A stretch of 32,000 bases of DNA from Paramicrosporidium saccamoebae KSL3 (taxonomy: Eukaryota > Fungi > Cryptomycota), in the NCBI GenBank assembly GCA_002794465.1, contig MTSL01000169.1:46546-78545 (forward strand). The letters are read 5' to 3'. The position numbers were made by a program, and so were the translations under genes. The notes under the pieces were generated by a model. That model saw only the letters and a list, made by a program, of their open reading frames with translations, made no database searches and was not told the origin of the DNA. Each line of letters opens with the position of its first letter. Within the stretch, counting starts at the first letter, position 1. This document shows, one piece after another, positions 19,404 through 28,294 of this stretch.

Positions 19404-20726
19404 TTACAGAATGTAACGCCAGAGGAACGAAGAAACAGAACCCAACAGCAGGCCAGTAGTGAGGAATAAGCCCATCACAGAACCGCAAGCTTCTCGTTCC
19501 CACCTAGATTCAACATTGATGGTTGTGTCATTGACGGTCAAAGTCGACCTCCCAGAGATGGCCAGACTTGGTGCATGCATTAGGAGAGCTGTGCAACAGT
19601 ATCCGTTACTTACACCAAAAGTAAAGGTAAGAACGGCATAGAACAGGTCAGCACTGCCCAAAGAAAAAACACCAGTCGGATCACTGACGGTACGGCCAAT
19701 AGTGACAGGTGCAAAGAAAATGAACAATGGAATGAAGACTACGGCCCGCAGCCACGGACTGACCTGGACAAACAGCGACTTTGGGTGACCTGCGAGGAGG
19801 GAAAATGCCGGAAGCCAACGCCCCAGAAAATCTCCAGCGTCATAAATGATAAAGATCAACGGAACATAGTATAAGGCAAGCATCCCGTCATCAGGCGCCA
19901 AGAAGCGGCGAGGAGAGGTGAGAAAAGTTGCAAAGATGCTGATAGTAATCCCGAGAACCAGCAGTATCCCGAAAGCAAACCATCGGATCCTACCGAAAAC
20001 ATCCTTTACGATAGCTGTGGGTGCTCTTCGAACAGCTTGTACGACCTTGGTACCAAGTCCAAGATGATGACGGAAGAATGGAGAGTGTCGGCAGTTCAGG
20101 ATAAACACTATCTGGGCGGATGCCAAGACTGTCGCGCCAACCAGAAAGTAGATAATCGGACCAGTTGTCCCCTGCCCTTTGGAACCGGCAGATTTTGTGA
20201 TAATGTTGGCAATGCTCGACAAAAGACCCGCCACTGCCTGTCCAGCAAGGAGGGCAGGAGTGAGGGCAGGTGGAAATCCAGCCGTCATTCCAAGCATCCC
20301 TTTGATCATGCATGCAGTAAAGCCCCCTGCCATTGCAGTAATGCCCACAATGCATCCAAATATAGCATTGTTGCTCATATCGATGGAGATGATGATTGCC
20401 ATGACCAGCATGAGAGCAGCATTGCCAGTCAATGCTATAGTGATGCGCTGCGGAGTATTCAAGAACAGCTCATCAAACCGCAAGACCACCAGTATTAGCA
20501 TGGCAAGAAAGTTGAAAATGGTGAAAGAGGACGAAATATAGCTTGACACTAGAGGGGCATAAGGAGCATCGCCTAGACGTTCTCGGAAATAGGGAACAGT
20601 CTTGATGTAAATATTCCAAGGAGTCAGTTGTGCCAAACCGAACAAAATAAAGCTAGCATATGACCACTTGCTGCTGGCCAGTGCAGAATTCTCTTCAGTT
20701 TCCAGAGTATTCTTGTCACCACTCAT
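19404..20726 (-). CDS. Equilibrative nucleoside transporter (ENT/SLC29, Fun26-like)
   Basis: About 11 hydrophobic segments with ENT motifs FGLAQLTPWN, AGQAVAG, YDAGDFLGR and FGVSNGY. First ATG at 20726. Confidence 0.9.
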   Translation of the reverse strand: MSGDKNTLETEENSALASSKWSYASFILFGLAQLTPWNIYIKTVPYFRERLGDAPYAPLVSSYISSSFTIFNFLAMLILVVLRFDELFLNTPQRITIALTGNAALMLVMAIIISIDMSNNAIFGCIVGITAMAGGFTACMIKGMLGMTAGFPPALTPALLAGQAVAGLLSSIANIITKSAGSKGQGTTGPIIYFLVGATVLASAQIVFILNCRHSPFFRHHLGLGTKVVQAVRRAPTAIVKDVFGRIRWFAFGILLVLGITISIFATFLTSPRRFLAPDDGMLALYYVPLIFIIYDAGDFLGRWLPAFSLLAGHPKSLFVQVSPWLRAVVFIPLFIFFAPVTIGRTVSDPTGVFSLGSADLFYAVLTFTFGVSNGYCCTALLMHAPSLAISGRSTLTVNDTTINVESRWEREACGSVMGLFLTTGLLLGSVSSFLWRYIL

Positions 20727-20807
20727 GAGCCCAGGACAAGACAAATTTGGGACTGAATACAAATGGCCGACCAATCGGTGACGCCGAACATAAATAAATA
20801 TATTACA

Positions 20808-21485
20808 CTAAGTGAGAGGTGCTAAACCCAATCTTTGGCGAAGTTGATTAGTCTCTTCAATCGATAAGCTTTCCCGGTATTCCGTTGGCGCTTCTTCGTC
20901 TATTTGAATGGCATTGCCACTTGCCGCATCGACGGGAAAGAATAGGGAGCGCATTGGTAATTCTTCCGTGTCCTCAAGAGCAGTTCTCTTGGGGAGTCTG
21001 GGGAGGATGATGCCGAAAACGCGGTCTTGAGTGAGCATTTCATCCACTACTTCATCAACATGCGCCAAAGTATATGTTCCACTCGTCTGCCTTGACCGAA
21101 TCTTTCGCCGGTCTGCCAAGAACGGCTCGAGTTTTGTATAAACCTGTACAGAGGGAGCGACCAGTCTTAAGTAGAATAGACCCAAGAGTCGCAGATATTT
21201 CCAGTCTTCTTGCTGGATATATTCTTCTACTATTGGCATCGTTGGTTGAATTTGCAAGAGTTTGAGAAGCAGACATAGGAAGGGAACAGGGCGTTGATTA
21301 GCAAAAGTCCCGCCAACGTAATTGAGCTCGACGGCTTTATCGAGTATCGTCTCGGCATTCAAGCCAAAGCATTCCTCTTTCCAAAATACAGATTCATAAA
21401 TACGTTCTCTGATAATCTTTTCGACCAAAAGTTGCGGGTCACGACCATGGACTGTCTGTGCGCCTTTGTCAGTCTTGTTGGACAT
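20808..21485 (-). CDS. PRP38: Pre-mRNA splicing factor Prp38 (PRPF38A)
   Basis: VHGRDPQLLVEKIIRERIYES.FWKEECFGLNAET, P.PFLCLLLKLLQIQP and DWKYLRLLG.FYLRL. ATG at 21485. Confidence 0.96.
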   Translation of the reverse strand: MSNKTDKGAQTVHGRDPQLLVEKIIRERIYESVFWKEECFGLNAETILDKAVELNYVGGTFANQRPVPFLCLLLKLLQIQPTMPIVEEYIQQEDWKYLRLLGLFYLRLVAPSVQVYTKLEPFLADRRKIRSRQTSGTYTLAHVDEVVDEMLTQDRVFGIILPRLPKRTALEDTEELPMRSLFFPVDAASGNAIQIDEEAPTEYRESLSIEETNQLRQRLGLAPLT

Positions 21486-21607
21486 TTTTATCGAAGCCTG
21501 GGTCCCACAAGACTTGTAAATACGAGATGCTGCGGGCAATACTGTGCCAATAACTCCCGTCCCCATATGATTGCTATCATATATATGTTACTCGTTTATT
21601 AAGAGAC

Positions 21608-22273
21608 TTAAGAAGAAGCAGCAGCACGGCGCATCTGCTGGTCAAAGTAGTTGGAGAGAGGTCCATGTCCATTGACATACTTGACGTGGGCACCGTCAGG
21701 GATTACCTTTCCGGCATCACGAGCCTCCTCGTACTCCTCGCGAGACAGATGGGTGAAGCCCCACTTGCGAGACACAATAATCTTTTGTTGTCCGGGGAAC
21801 TTGAACTTGCAACGACGGAGGGCCTCCATGACAATAGCCTTGTTGGCGTCCTTTGTGCGGATGGAGATGAGAATCTGTCCAATATCCACACGGGCAACAG
21901 TGCCGATGGGCTTACCGAAAGCACCACGCATACCAGTCTGCAGACGATCCGCACCAGCGCACGACAACATTTTGTTGATACGCAGGACGTGGAAGGGATG
22001 GACACGCACACGCATGTGGAAGCTGTCCTTTCCGGCCATCTTGGAGATGTACTTGTTGGCGCAGATACGGGCGGCTTCGAGGGCCTCAGAGGAGAGCTGC
22101 TCGCGCTCGTTGGAGGTGAGATGCACACAGAGAGGGAACTCGTTGATGGTCGCCTTCTTGCGACCAAGGTCGTAGATGCGAATCTTCGGGTCGGGCACAC
22201 CACGGCAGAAACGCGACTTGGGGTAGGGCTTGTTACGGCAGTAACGGTAGCAGCGAGCAGGACGACGACCCAT
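21608..22273 (-). CDS. RPL10: 60S ribosomal protein L10 (uL16)
   Basis: Near-canonical sequence [36 protein letters not shown]...[16 protein letters not shown], with strong C/G-ending codon bias. Confidence 0.99.
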   Translation of the reverse strand: MGRRPARCYRYCRNKPYPKSRFCRGVPDPKIRIYDLGRKKATINEFPLCVHLTSNEREQLSSEALEAARICANKYISKMAGKDSFHMRVRVHPFHVLRINKMLSCAGADRLQTGMRGAFGKPIGTVARVDIGQILISIRTKDANKAIVMEALRRCKFKFPGQQKIIVSRKWGFTHLSREEYEEARDAGKVIPDGAHVKYVNGHGPLSNYFDQQMRRAAASS

Positions 22274-22316
22274 CTATTGGTTAGGATGGATGAACTAGAC
22301 CCTTCTGGGTTAATAC
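22274..22316 (-). other. Predicted 43-nt 5'-UTR intron ending immediately before the RPL10 ATG
   Basis: Minus strand reads CAAG|GTATTA...CTAAC CAATAG|ATGGGT, giving a donor, a consensus branch site and an acceptor abutting the start codon. Confidence 0.7.
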
Positions 22317-22464
22317 CTTGTCCGAGAACTACGGCTATAGGCGCGGTATCCCTGGTCGCGCATCCATATCGTTGGGACTCGCTGCTGAGGTGGACCATTG
22401 TGATTTATTGTGTGGGGGGATTATGGGTGAGATTTACTGTTAAGACGGACCGTTAGGGCTCATT

Positions 22465-22661
22465 ATTACAACCTCCCATTGAGACTCTATTACAACCTCC
22501 CATTGAGACTCTATTACAACCTCCCATTGAGACTCTCTATTACGACCTCTCATCGAGACCCTCTATTACGGCCTCCCATTGAGACTCTCTATTACGTCCT
22601 ACCGTTGAGATTTAGTGCCACGGCCTACCGAACTTGCTGCTACGGCCTACCGTTGAGGCTC
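22465..22661 (+). repeat. Tandem 24-26-nt minisatellite (ATTACAACCTCCCATTGAGACTCT), about 8 units, decaying rightwards
   Basis: Units start at 22465, 22489 and 22513 (identical apart from an extra CT at the end of the third), 22539, 22565 and 22591 (increasingly diverged), then two degenerate units to 22661. Confidence 0.92.
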
Positions 22662-22676
22662 AATTTATTATGAATA

Positions 22677-24822
22677 TTACAGGAGGCCTACACCAATCGC
22701 AACCATAGATGCAAAGACCTTCATGATGACTGTAGTCCAAGAGATTGGGATGGCTAAAGAATCAGTACAGTTAAAAGTGTTTTACCCTTCGAATTGGCCT
22801 GGGAATGCATTTCTGAGCACATGCCTGCGTAGCAAAATCCCTTTTCACCACATTTGGTTCCGTCCAGAAAACTGGCGTTCATGTCGACACACTGGTCTGG
22901 GCCTTGGCATAGGATGGAGCACGAACGGCCCGTGTACTTGCAGGATTGGGTGATATTAAGATGTCGTCCAAAGATAGAGCACTGCATGTCGCGACTTGTA
23001 CATACTCCAGATGCGCATGTGGCACCTTCTTCGCATACCTCGCCATCCGGTTTATTCACGGGATTTGGACAGCCGCGTGCAAAGCCATCACAAAAAGTGT
23101 CTTCTTGACATGTAGAGGCGGCGACGCGGCACACTTGGCGATCATCAGCAGCTATAGTCTTACATCCCCGACAACAAACGTCGTTGTTGTCACTGCAGGT
23201 GGATCCCGGAGTAAGCTTGCAATCGGCCGTACAACATTTATTGTCGAGGCATCCCTCCTTGCCCCCACAATCACACTCTTCGTTTCCTTCCCGAATCCCA
23301 TTTCCGCAAACGGCAATGAGGTCATTTTTCTGTGTCCCGGGCTCCTTTAGACAACTTCCAAGGTATGGGATTTTATCACAGACGTCCCTGATGCTGCAAG
23401 AAGAAAAATCAATAGAGCTACTGCCGCCACTTTCAGGGTCCATAACGAATCGTCCTTTGCAGTCACAATTTTCACATGGACAGCACTGGCATTCTAAGAA
23501 ACCGGTGCAGCTTCCATCACAATTTGACTGAGTGCAATCGTGGATGGCTCCCATATTGTGCGCCAGCTCGTGAGCGATGACTGAGAATTGATGATCTACA
23601 AACACGGACACTGAAGTTCCGGAGATAATATCGGCTGTGCTATCTGTAAAAGAGGTAGTCCTGCAGACTTGATTCATCCAAGCCAGTCCAATAGTGTCAC
23701 TATAGTTGCACGACGTCACCTAGACATAAATAAAGAATCTCTTGCTTACCAAATGGTAAATTCCAGCATCACCATTTCGGCCATCACGCCATTTGGAGAA
23801 TCGATTCAGTGCGGCATCCATTCCGGGATAGTCCTTACATGGCACATTGAAGGAATCTCCTTCATCACACTTGTCCATAAGCTCAACCGTGTTGATCGTA
23901 ATGTCAATGTTGTAGGTCTTGGAGAATATCCCGGAGACCAGATTCATGTCATTCAGAATATTCTTCCGTGCCTTAGCCCGTCCTCCCAGAGTCTTGATAT
24001 AATTGCAGTCGGCCACTACGGCCACGGTTAATTGCAGCGGATTTACGGGACACCCAGCGGTAGCGTCTTTGATGACACGATCACGGGCCTTGGTGGGGAC
24101 CCTGAGTATTTTTCCCTTCTCGGGAGGCACATAAGAATTCACCAACTTTGCTACAGATCCAGACTGACGCTTGTTAAATTCCAAATTATCCACGCCACAT
24201 TTGTATTTTTCGCCATTCGGACCTTCTTGCAACCTTCCCATCTCCTTCCTGCTCACGACCAAGGAGGAATCTCCCGCTGCTCTCCTTTGCTCGGCTTTTG
24301 CTGAAATGTCCTTGTCGAGAAGCACATAGTCTCCAGGAGTTAATCTGTACATGTGACTTTTGTATTGAAAGCCTCCACGTAACTGGATCTCTCCGTCTCT
24401 AATTAATCAGAAAGAATGAATCAGGCCTCTTACAATTCCTCCATCATGAATCGGGCAAGCGGAGCTTCGACAAAGTCCTCACTTCCGTCATCTCGGATGA
24501 CCTTCAAGTTCCTTCCGGTTATCGGACGGCCCACTGATTTGCCGCCTAGCTCAGCCCCAACAAGTAGTGAATTTTCAACAATGTCCATTTTGAACGTTGT
24601 GCCCATGGCACTAAACACAAGTTGCTGATTTGGCTTCCGAACGCTATGTGCGCGGTTCTCTGGAACAGAGCCGGCTTGGATGGCTTTTGGCTGGACAATT
24701 TCGAGATGGCTCGCAAAATCCCAATCATCATCTAAATGGTTAGGCCTTTCCAATGCTCAACTTGTCAGAGCAACCACGGACAGCGCTGTAGAAAGTAGAG
24801 AGAGCGCCCGCCATCCTCGCAT
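22677..24822 (-). CDS. ADAM metalloprotease-disintegrin paralog 1, 5 exons, hydrophobic C-terminus
   Basis: Signal peptide MRGWRALSLLSTALSVVALT, cysteine-switch-like KCGVD, zinc motif HELAHNMGAIHD, Met-turn FVMDP, disintegrin CGNGIREGNEECDCG and a Cys-rich domain. Introns at 24732-24761, 24399-24433, 23720-23749 and 22754-22785 each keep the frame. Confidence 0.9.
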
Positions 24823-25078
24823 TGTGTGTGTCCGCCCGTGGGAGGGAACACAAAGAAATTACTATTTACGGCATTACAAAGCCCGATCAGGAGTAGCATG
24901 AATAATTATAGAAATTTAGCCTTTCCAAAGTATAACTAGCTTGGATGATGCGGGGCCGGATATAAATCGAGACAAATCGAGCGCATGAACACATTGCCAT
25001 TTTTGGGCATAGAGTTGGTCTATTCCCTGGCGACAATTGCGCTGTGGGTTGTTGACACTTGTGAGCAAATCCAGCACG

Positions 25079-27274
25079 ATGATCCACCCCTTCCTTGTGT
25101 TGTTAATTGTCTACCTCGCCTTCATCTCCACAGCTCATGCGATTGCTGAGGATGAAGACTTTGATGACATGACTGCGGCGATAGCCGACAGCTTTGCTAT
25201 TGTCGGCGGAAGGTCTCAACGAAGGCGACTTCAGAAGCGGGGAGACAAAGCACAAGCTAGTACCAAACCTGAGCCGATGATCTTACAATTCGACTTTGGC
25301 CCCAGTCGCTTTGTTATCCAACTACAGGAACATCCAAACATAATCCATGATTCAACAGTAGTGAGGGTGCACCACGAAAATAAGAGTGCAATTTCCACAA
25401 AGCCCGTCGACGGCGTAGCCTACATTGGAGAACGTCTGGTGGTCATAGACAAAAGCCTATCCGATTCTAAATATGGAAACAATGTGACGGCCTTGCTACT
25501 ATTGAGCGAAGAACCAGGAGTCTCAGTACTGGAGTATCCGTTTGGTAGATTCTATGTGGAGGACACACCAGTGCAGCCCCGAATCACTGGTGGGTTTGTC
25601 TTCAACGACCAATTTATAAGAGTCAATGAAGCTAGTCATCCTGTCTCTAGACAGCTGGCGACCAAGTTACATATGAAACTCGCTAAATCGCCTTCGACTG
25701 ATAATAGGGAGCCTCTCGTTATCACCTCTCAAAATCTGGCAGACACAAGAAGCTTTGGAACGTCACGAAACACTACTAGACAATACAGATGCGGCCATGA
25801 TCACTTGGACTTTAACAAAAAACCCGAGGGGGCTACTTCATTCTTTGCCAGACTCCTTGCGAATAATTTGACGAGTGGTCAGGACAAGAAGCTGTATGCC
25901 CGTTCTGAGTCTGGCTGTCCTAGTACTGAAAAAGTTCTTTATGTCGGGGTTGTTGCAGACTGTGCATATATGGAGGCCTTCAAGATGGATGCTGCTCAGG
26001 CACAAGCCAATATTATCAATGACTTTAACATTGTTAGCGCAATCTATGAAGAATCCTTCAATGTGATTTTGGGGATCATTTCAGTAGATTTAATGATGGA
26101 ATGCTCAAAGGAAAAATCCAAGGCTGCGTTCAACAGACCTTGTTCAGAAAAAATGCGCATGGATGAGAGACTCAATCTATTTACTGCCTGGAGAGGAAGT
26201 CAAAGCTCCGACGCCGGATTGTACCATTTGGTGTCTGGGTGCAGCGACAGCGACATTGTTGGGATCGCATGGCTAAATCAAGTCTGCCAAGCAAAGCCCT
26301 ACATTGATCCCAATGGGGATGCTGTTGCAGGAACATCAGTGTCAGTATTCATCAAAAATCAGTTTGCCATCATGGCGCACGAGATTGGGCACAACTTTGG
26401 AGCTCCACACGATTGTGATTACGAGACTTGTAAAAGCTGCAGTGGTCCCGACTGCAAATGTTGCCCGTGTGATAAATGCGATTGCAAAGGACAGTACGTC
26501 ATGAATCCCGAAAGTGGCGGTTTGAATGTCAAGCAATTCTCGGCCTGTTCTATTCAGGATGTTTGTAAAAAAATTCCAGTTCTTGCGCCGTGTCTAAAGG
26601 AGCCAGGTACCTTTAAGACGTTAACTAAGGCAATGTGTGGCGATGGAATACGGGATGAAGGAGAGGAATGCGACTGTGGGGGGCCGGAAAAGTGCCGTGG
26701 AAATCCTTGCTGTACTGAAGATTGCAAATTGAAAAACGGAGCAGTGTGCAGCGACACTAACGATCGATGCTGCAAAGACTGCCAAATAGTTCCCGCTTCA
26801 GCAAATCAGATCTGCATCCCTGCCAAGGGTCTTTGCCAAAAACAGTCGGTCTGCAATGGATCGAGCAGAGATTGTCCAACGATCCAACTTGTTGCTGACG
26901 GCACAGAATGCGATGCCGAGGAGGGAAAATGTGCATCAGGAATATGTACCAGTAGATCACAGCAATGTGCAGCTGTGGGAGCCCGGCTTGGACTGCACAA
27001 AGCCTGCTCCTATGAATTTGGATCTTGTAGCATTGTTTGCGAGAGTGGAAGTGGCTGTGTGATGCTTGATGCCACTTTTATTAACGGAACGACGTGCGGG
27101 TATGATGGAAAATGCTATGGTGGAGTGTGCAGTGAGCCGGCGTATCGCACATTTATTATGAGGAATATTATACCACTCGGGATAATTGTAGGAGCAATAC
27201 TCTTCATTTTAGTACTAGTCGCCATCCGAAGCATTGTGACTGCCTGTCGCGCCCGCCATCAAACAAATATTTAA
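25079..27274 (+). CDS. ADAM metalloprotease-disintegrin paralog 2, uninterrupted ORF, type I membrane protein
   Basis: Signal peptide MIHPFLVLLIVYLAFISTAHA, RRRLQKR, RCGHD cysteine switch, HEIGHNFGAPHD, YVMNP, CGDGIRDEGEECDCG, TM IIPLGIIVGAILFILVLVAI and a short tail. Confidence 0.93.
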   Translation: MIHPFLVLLIVYLAFISTAHAIAEDEDFDDMTAAIADSFAIVGGRSQRRRLQKRGDKAQASTKPEPMILQFDFGPSRFVIQLQEHPNIIHDSTVVRVHHENKSAISTKPVDGVAYIGERLVVIDKSLSDSKYGNNVTALLLLSEEPGVSVLEYPFGRFYVEDTPVQPRITGGFVFNDQFIRVNEASHPVSRQLATKLHMKLAKSPSTDNREPLVITSQNLADTRSFGTSRNTTRQYRCGHDHLDFNKKPEGATSFFARLLANNLTSGQDKKLYARSESGCPSTEKVLYVGVVADCAYMEAFKMDAAQAQANIINDFNIVSAIYEESFNVILGIISVDLMMECSKEKSKAAFNRPCSEKMRMDERLNLFTAWRGSQSSDAGLYHLVSGCSDSDIVGIAWLNQVCQAKPYIDPNGDAVAGTSVSVFIKNQFAIMAHEIGHNFGAPHDCDYETCKSCSGPDCKCCPCDKCDCKGQYVMNPESGGLNVKQFSACSIQDVCKKIPVLAPCLKEPGTFKTLTKAMCGDGIRDEGEECDCGGPEKCRGNPCCTEDCKLKNGAVCSDTNDRCCKDCQIVPASANQICIPAKGLCQKQSVCNGSSRDCPTIQLVADGTECDAEEGKCASGICTSRSQQCAAVGARLGLHKACSYEFGSCSIVCESGSGCVMLDATFINGTTCGYDGKCYGGVCSEPAYRTFIMRNIIPLGIIVGAILFILVLVAIRSIVTACRARHQTNI

Positions 27275-27361
27275 ATTAACTGTGGGGTTGAGTGTCTGAA
27301 ATCCACAATCTGCCATATTATAACACAAATCCATTAGCAGAATGAATAAAATGCCGGTTAA

Positions 27362-27408
27362 GTAGTGAGTAGTGAGGGATGAGATGGGGTGAGGTGAGGT
27401 GAGGTGAG
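27362..27408 (+). repeat. Low-complexity GTGAG/GTAGTGA short repeats
   Basis: (GTGAG)x4 at 27389-27408, preceded by GTAGTGA x2. Confidence 0.75.
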
Positions 27409-27565
27409 AGCTTTCGTGATTGAAGTAAGAGTTTTTATGATTGGGATGAGAACTGTCATGATTAGGAATTTGTTGGAAAGAGACGTTGGGCACACAAAGC
27501 GTAAACTGATCTGAACATTATATTTTTTCACTATTTGACAACGTGACCAGGGATTCGGGAAAAGG

Positions 27566-28024
27566 ATGAGCCTGGAAGTCACCAAAGTCGTCCCTGCTCA
27601 CCTCGACGTGGGCAACTTGGCCGTCTTTGACATTAACGTCCTCGATGATGCAGTGACCAGCAATAATAAGGTCAAGCGCGAAGCCGGTCTGCTGGCGTTG
27701 ACCCGCGACAACACACAACTGCTCATCAATGATCTGTTCGTCCTGCCCACTACGTCTACCGACGTCGGTGCAGTTGCCTCCCTCCCTCCCCCCACTACGG
27801 TTCTTCCGCGCGGAAAGCCGGTCCCCAAGCCGAAGGAGCCTACCCGTTGGGAGAAGTTTGCCAAAGCAAAGGGTATCGTTAAGCGGAAGAAGGGATCACA
27901 TGCCTACGACGAGGATAAGCAAAAGTGGAGACCAAGATTCGGGGCAAAGAGTAAGAAGAATGATCCTATGAACAACTGGATTACGGAACTAAAGCCGGGC
28001 CAGAGCATTCCCGACGATCAATAA
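27566..28024 (+). CDS. RRS1: Ribosome biogenesis regulator Rrs1 (short form)
   Basis: LDVGNLAVFD, TRDNTQLLINDLF.LP, LP.PTTVLPRGKPVPKPKEPTRWEKFAKAKGI.K.K and YDE..Q.W.PRFG. Confidence 0.93.
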   Translation: MSLEVTKVVPAHLDVGNLAVFDINVLDDAVTSNNKVKREAGLLALTRDNTQLLINDLFVLPTTSTDVGAVASLPPPTTVLPRGKPVPKPKEPTRWEKFAKAKGIVKRKKGSHAYDEDKQKWRPRFGAKSKKNDPMNNWITELKPGQSIPDDQ

Positions 28025-28294
28025 ACGTGATAGTTGTGAGCTTGTTGTACAGTAAATCGGATTAAGAAGACACTTATTCCGTGGTAAACAGATTTGCGTT
28101 CAAGGGAGGATAATCTCTATTTAGAGCATGATCAGATGACATAGTTTGCCTTATAAAAGACACGTTCTACCCCACAAAACCAGCTCGACTCTCTGGCATT
28201 CTCAGCAGACTTTAGTCTCAGTAGGCCTCGCACTGCTCAATCCACCACAACATATATATATACTCTCCCACAATAGTTAAGGGAATTTGATTTT

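Noticed and set aside
3210-21485. Three spliceosome factors (IST3, RBM22, PRP38) in one window as a functional cluster
   Set aside because: They are not adjacent, and a compact housekeeping-rich genome makes such co-occurrence likely by chance.
21651-22456. Long antisense and alternate-frame ORFs (263, 231 and 174 aa) over RPL10
   Set aside because: Explained by the strong C/G-ending codon bias of a highly expressed gene, which removes stops in other frames. They show no recognisable motifs.
22465-22661. Repeat array as a CRISPR
   Set aside because: The units are directly tandem with no unique spacers, there are no cas genes, and the context is eukaryotic.
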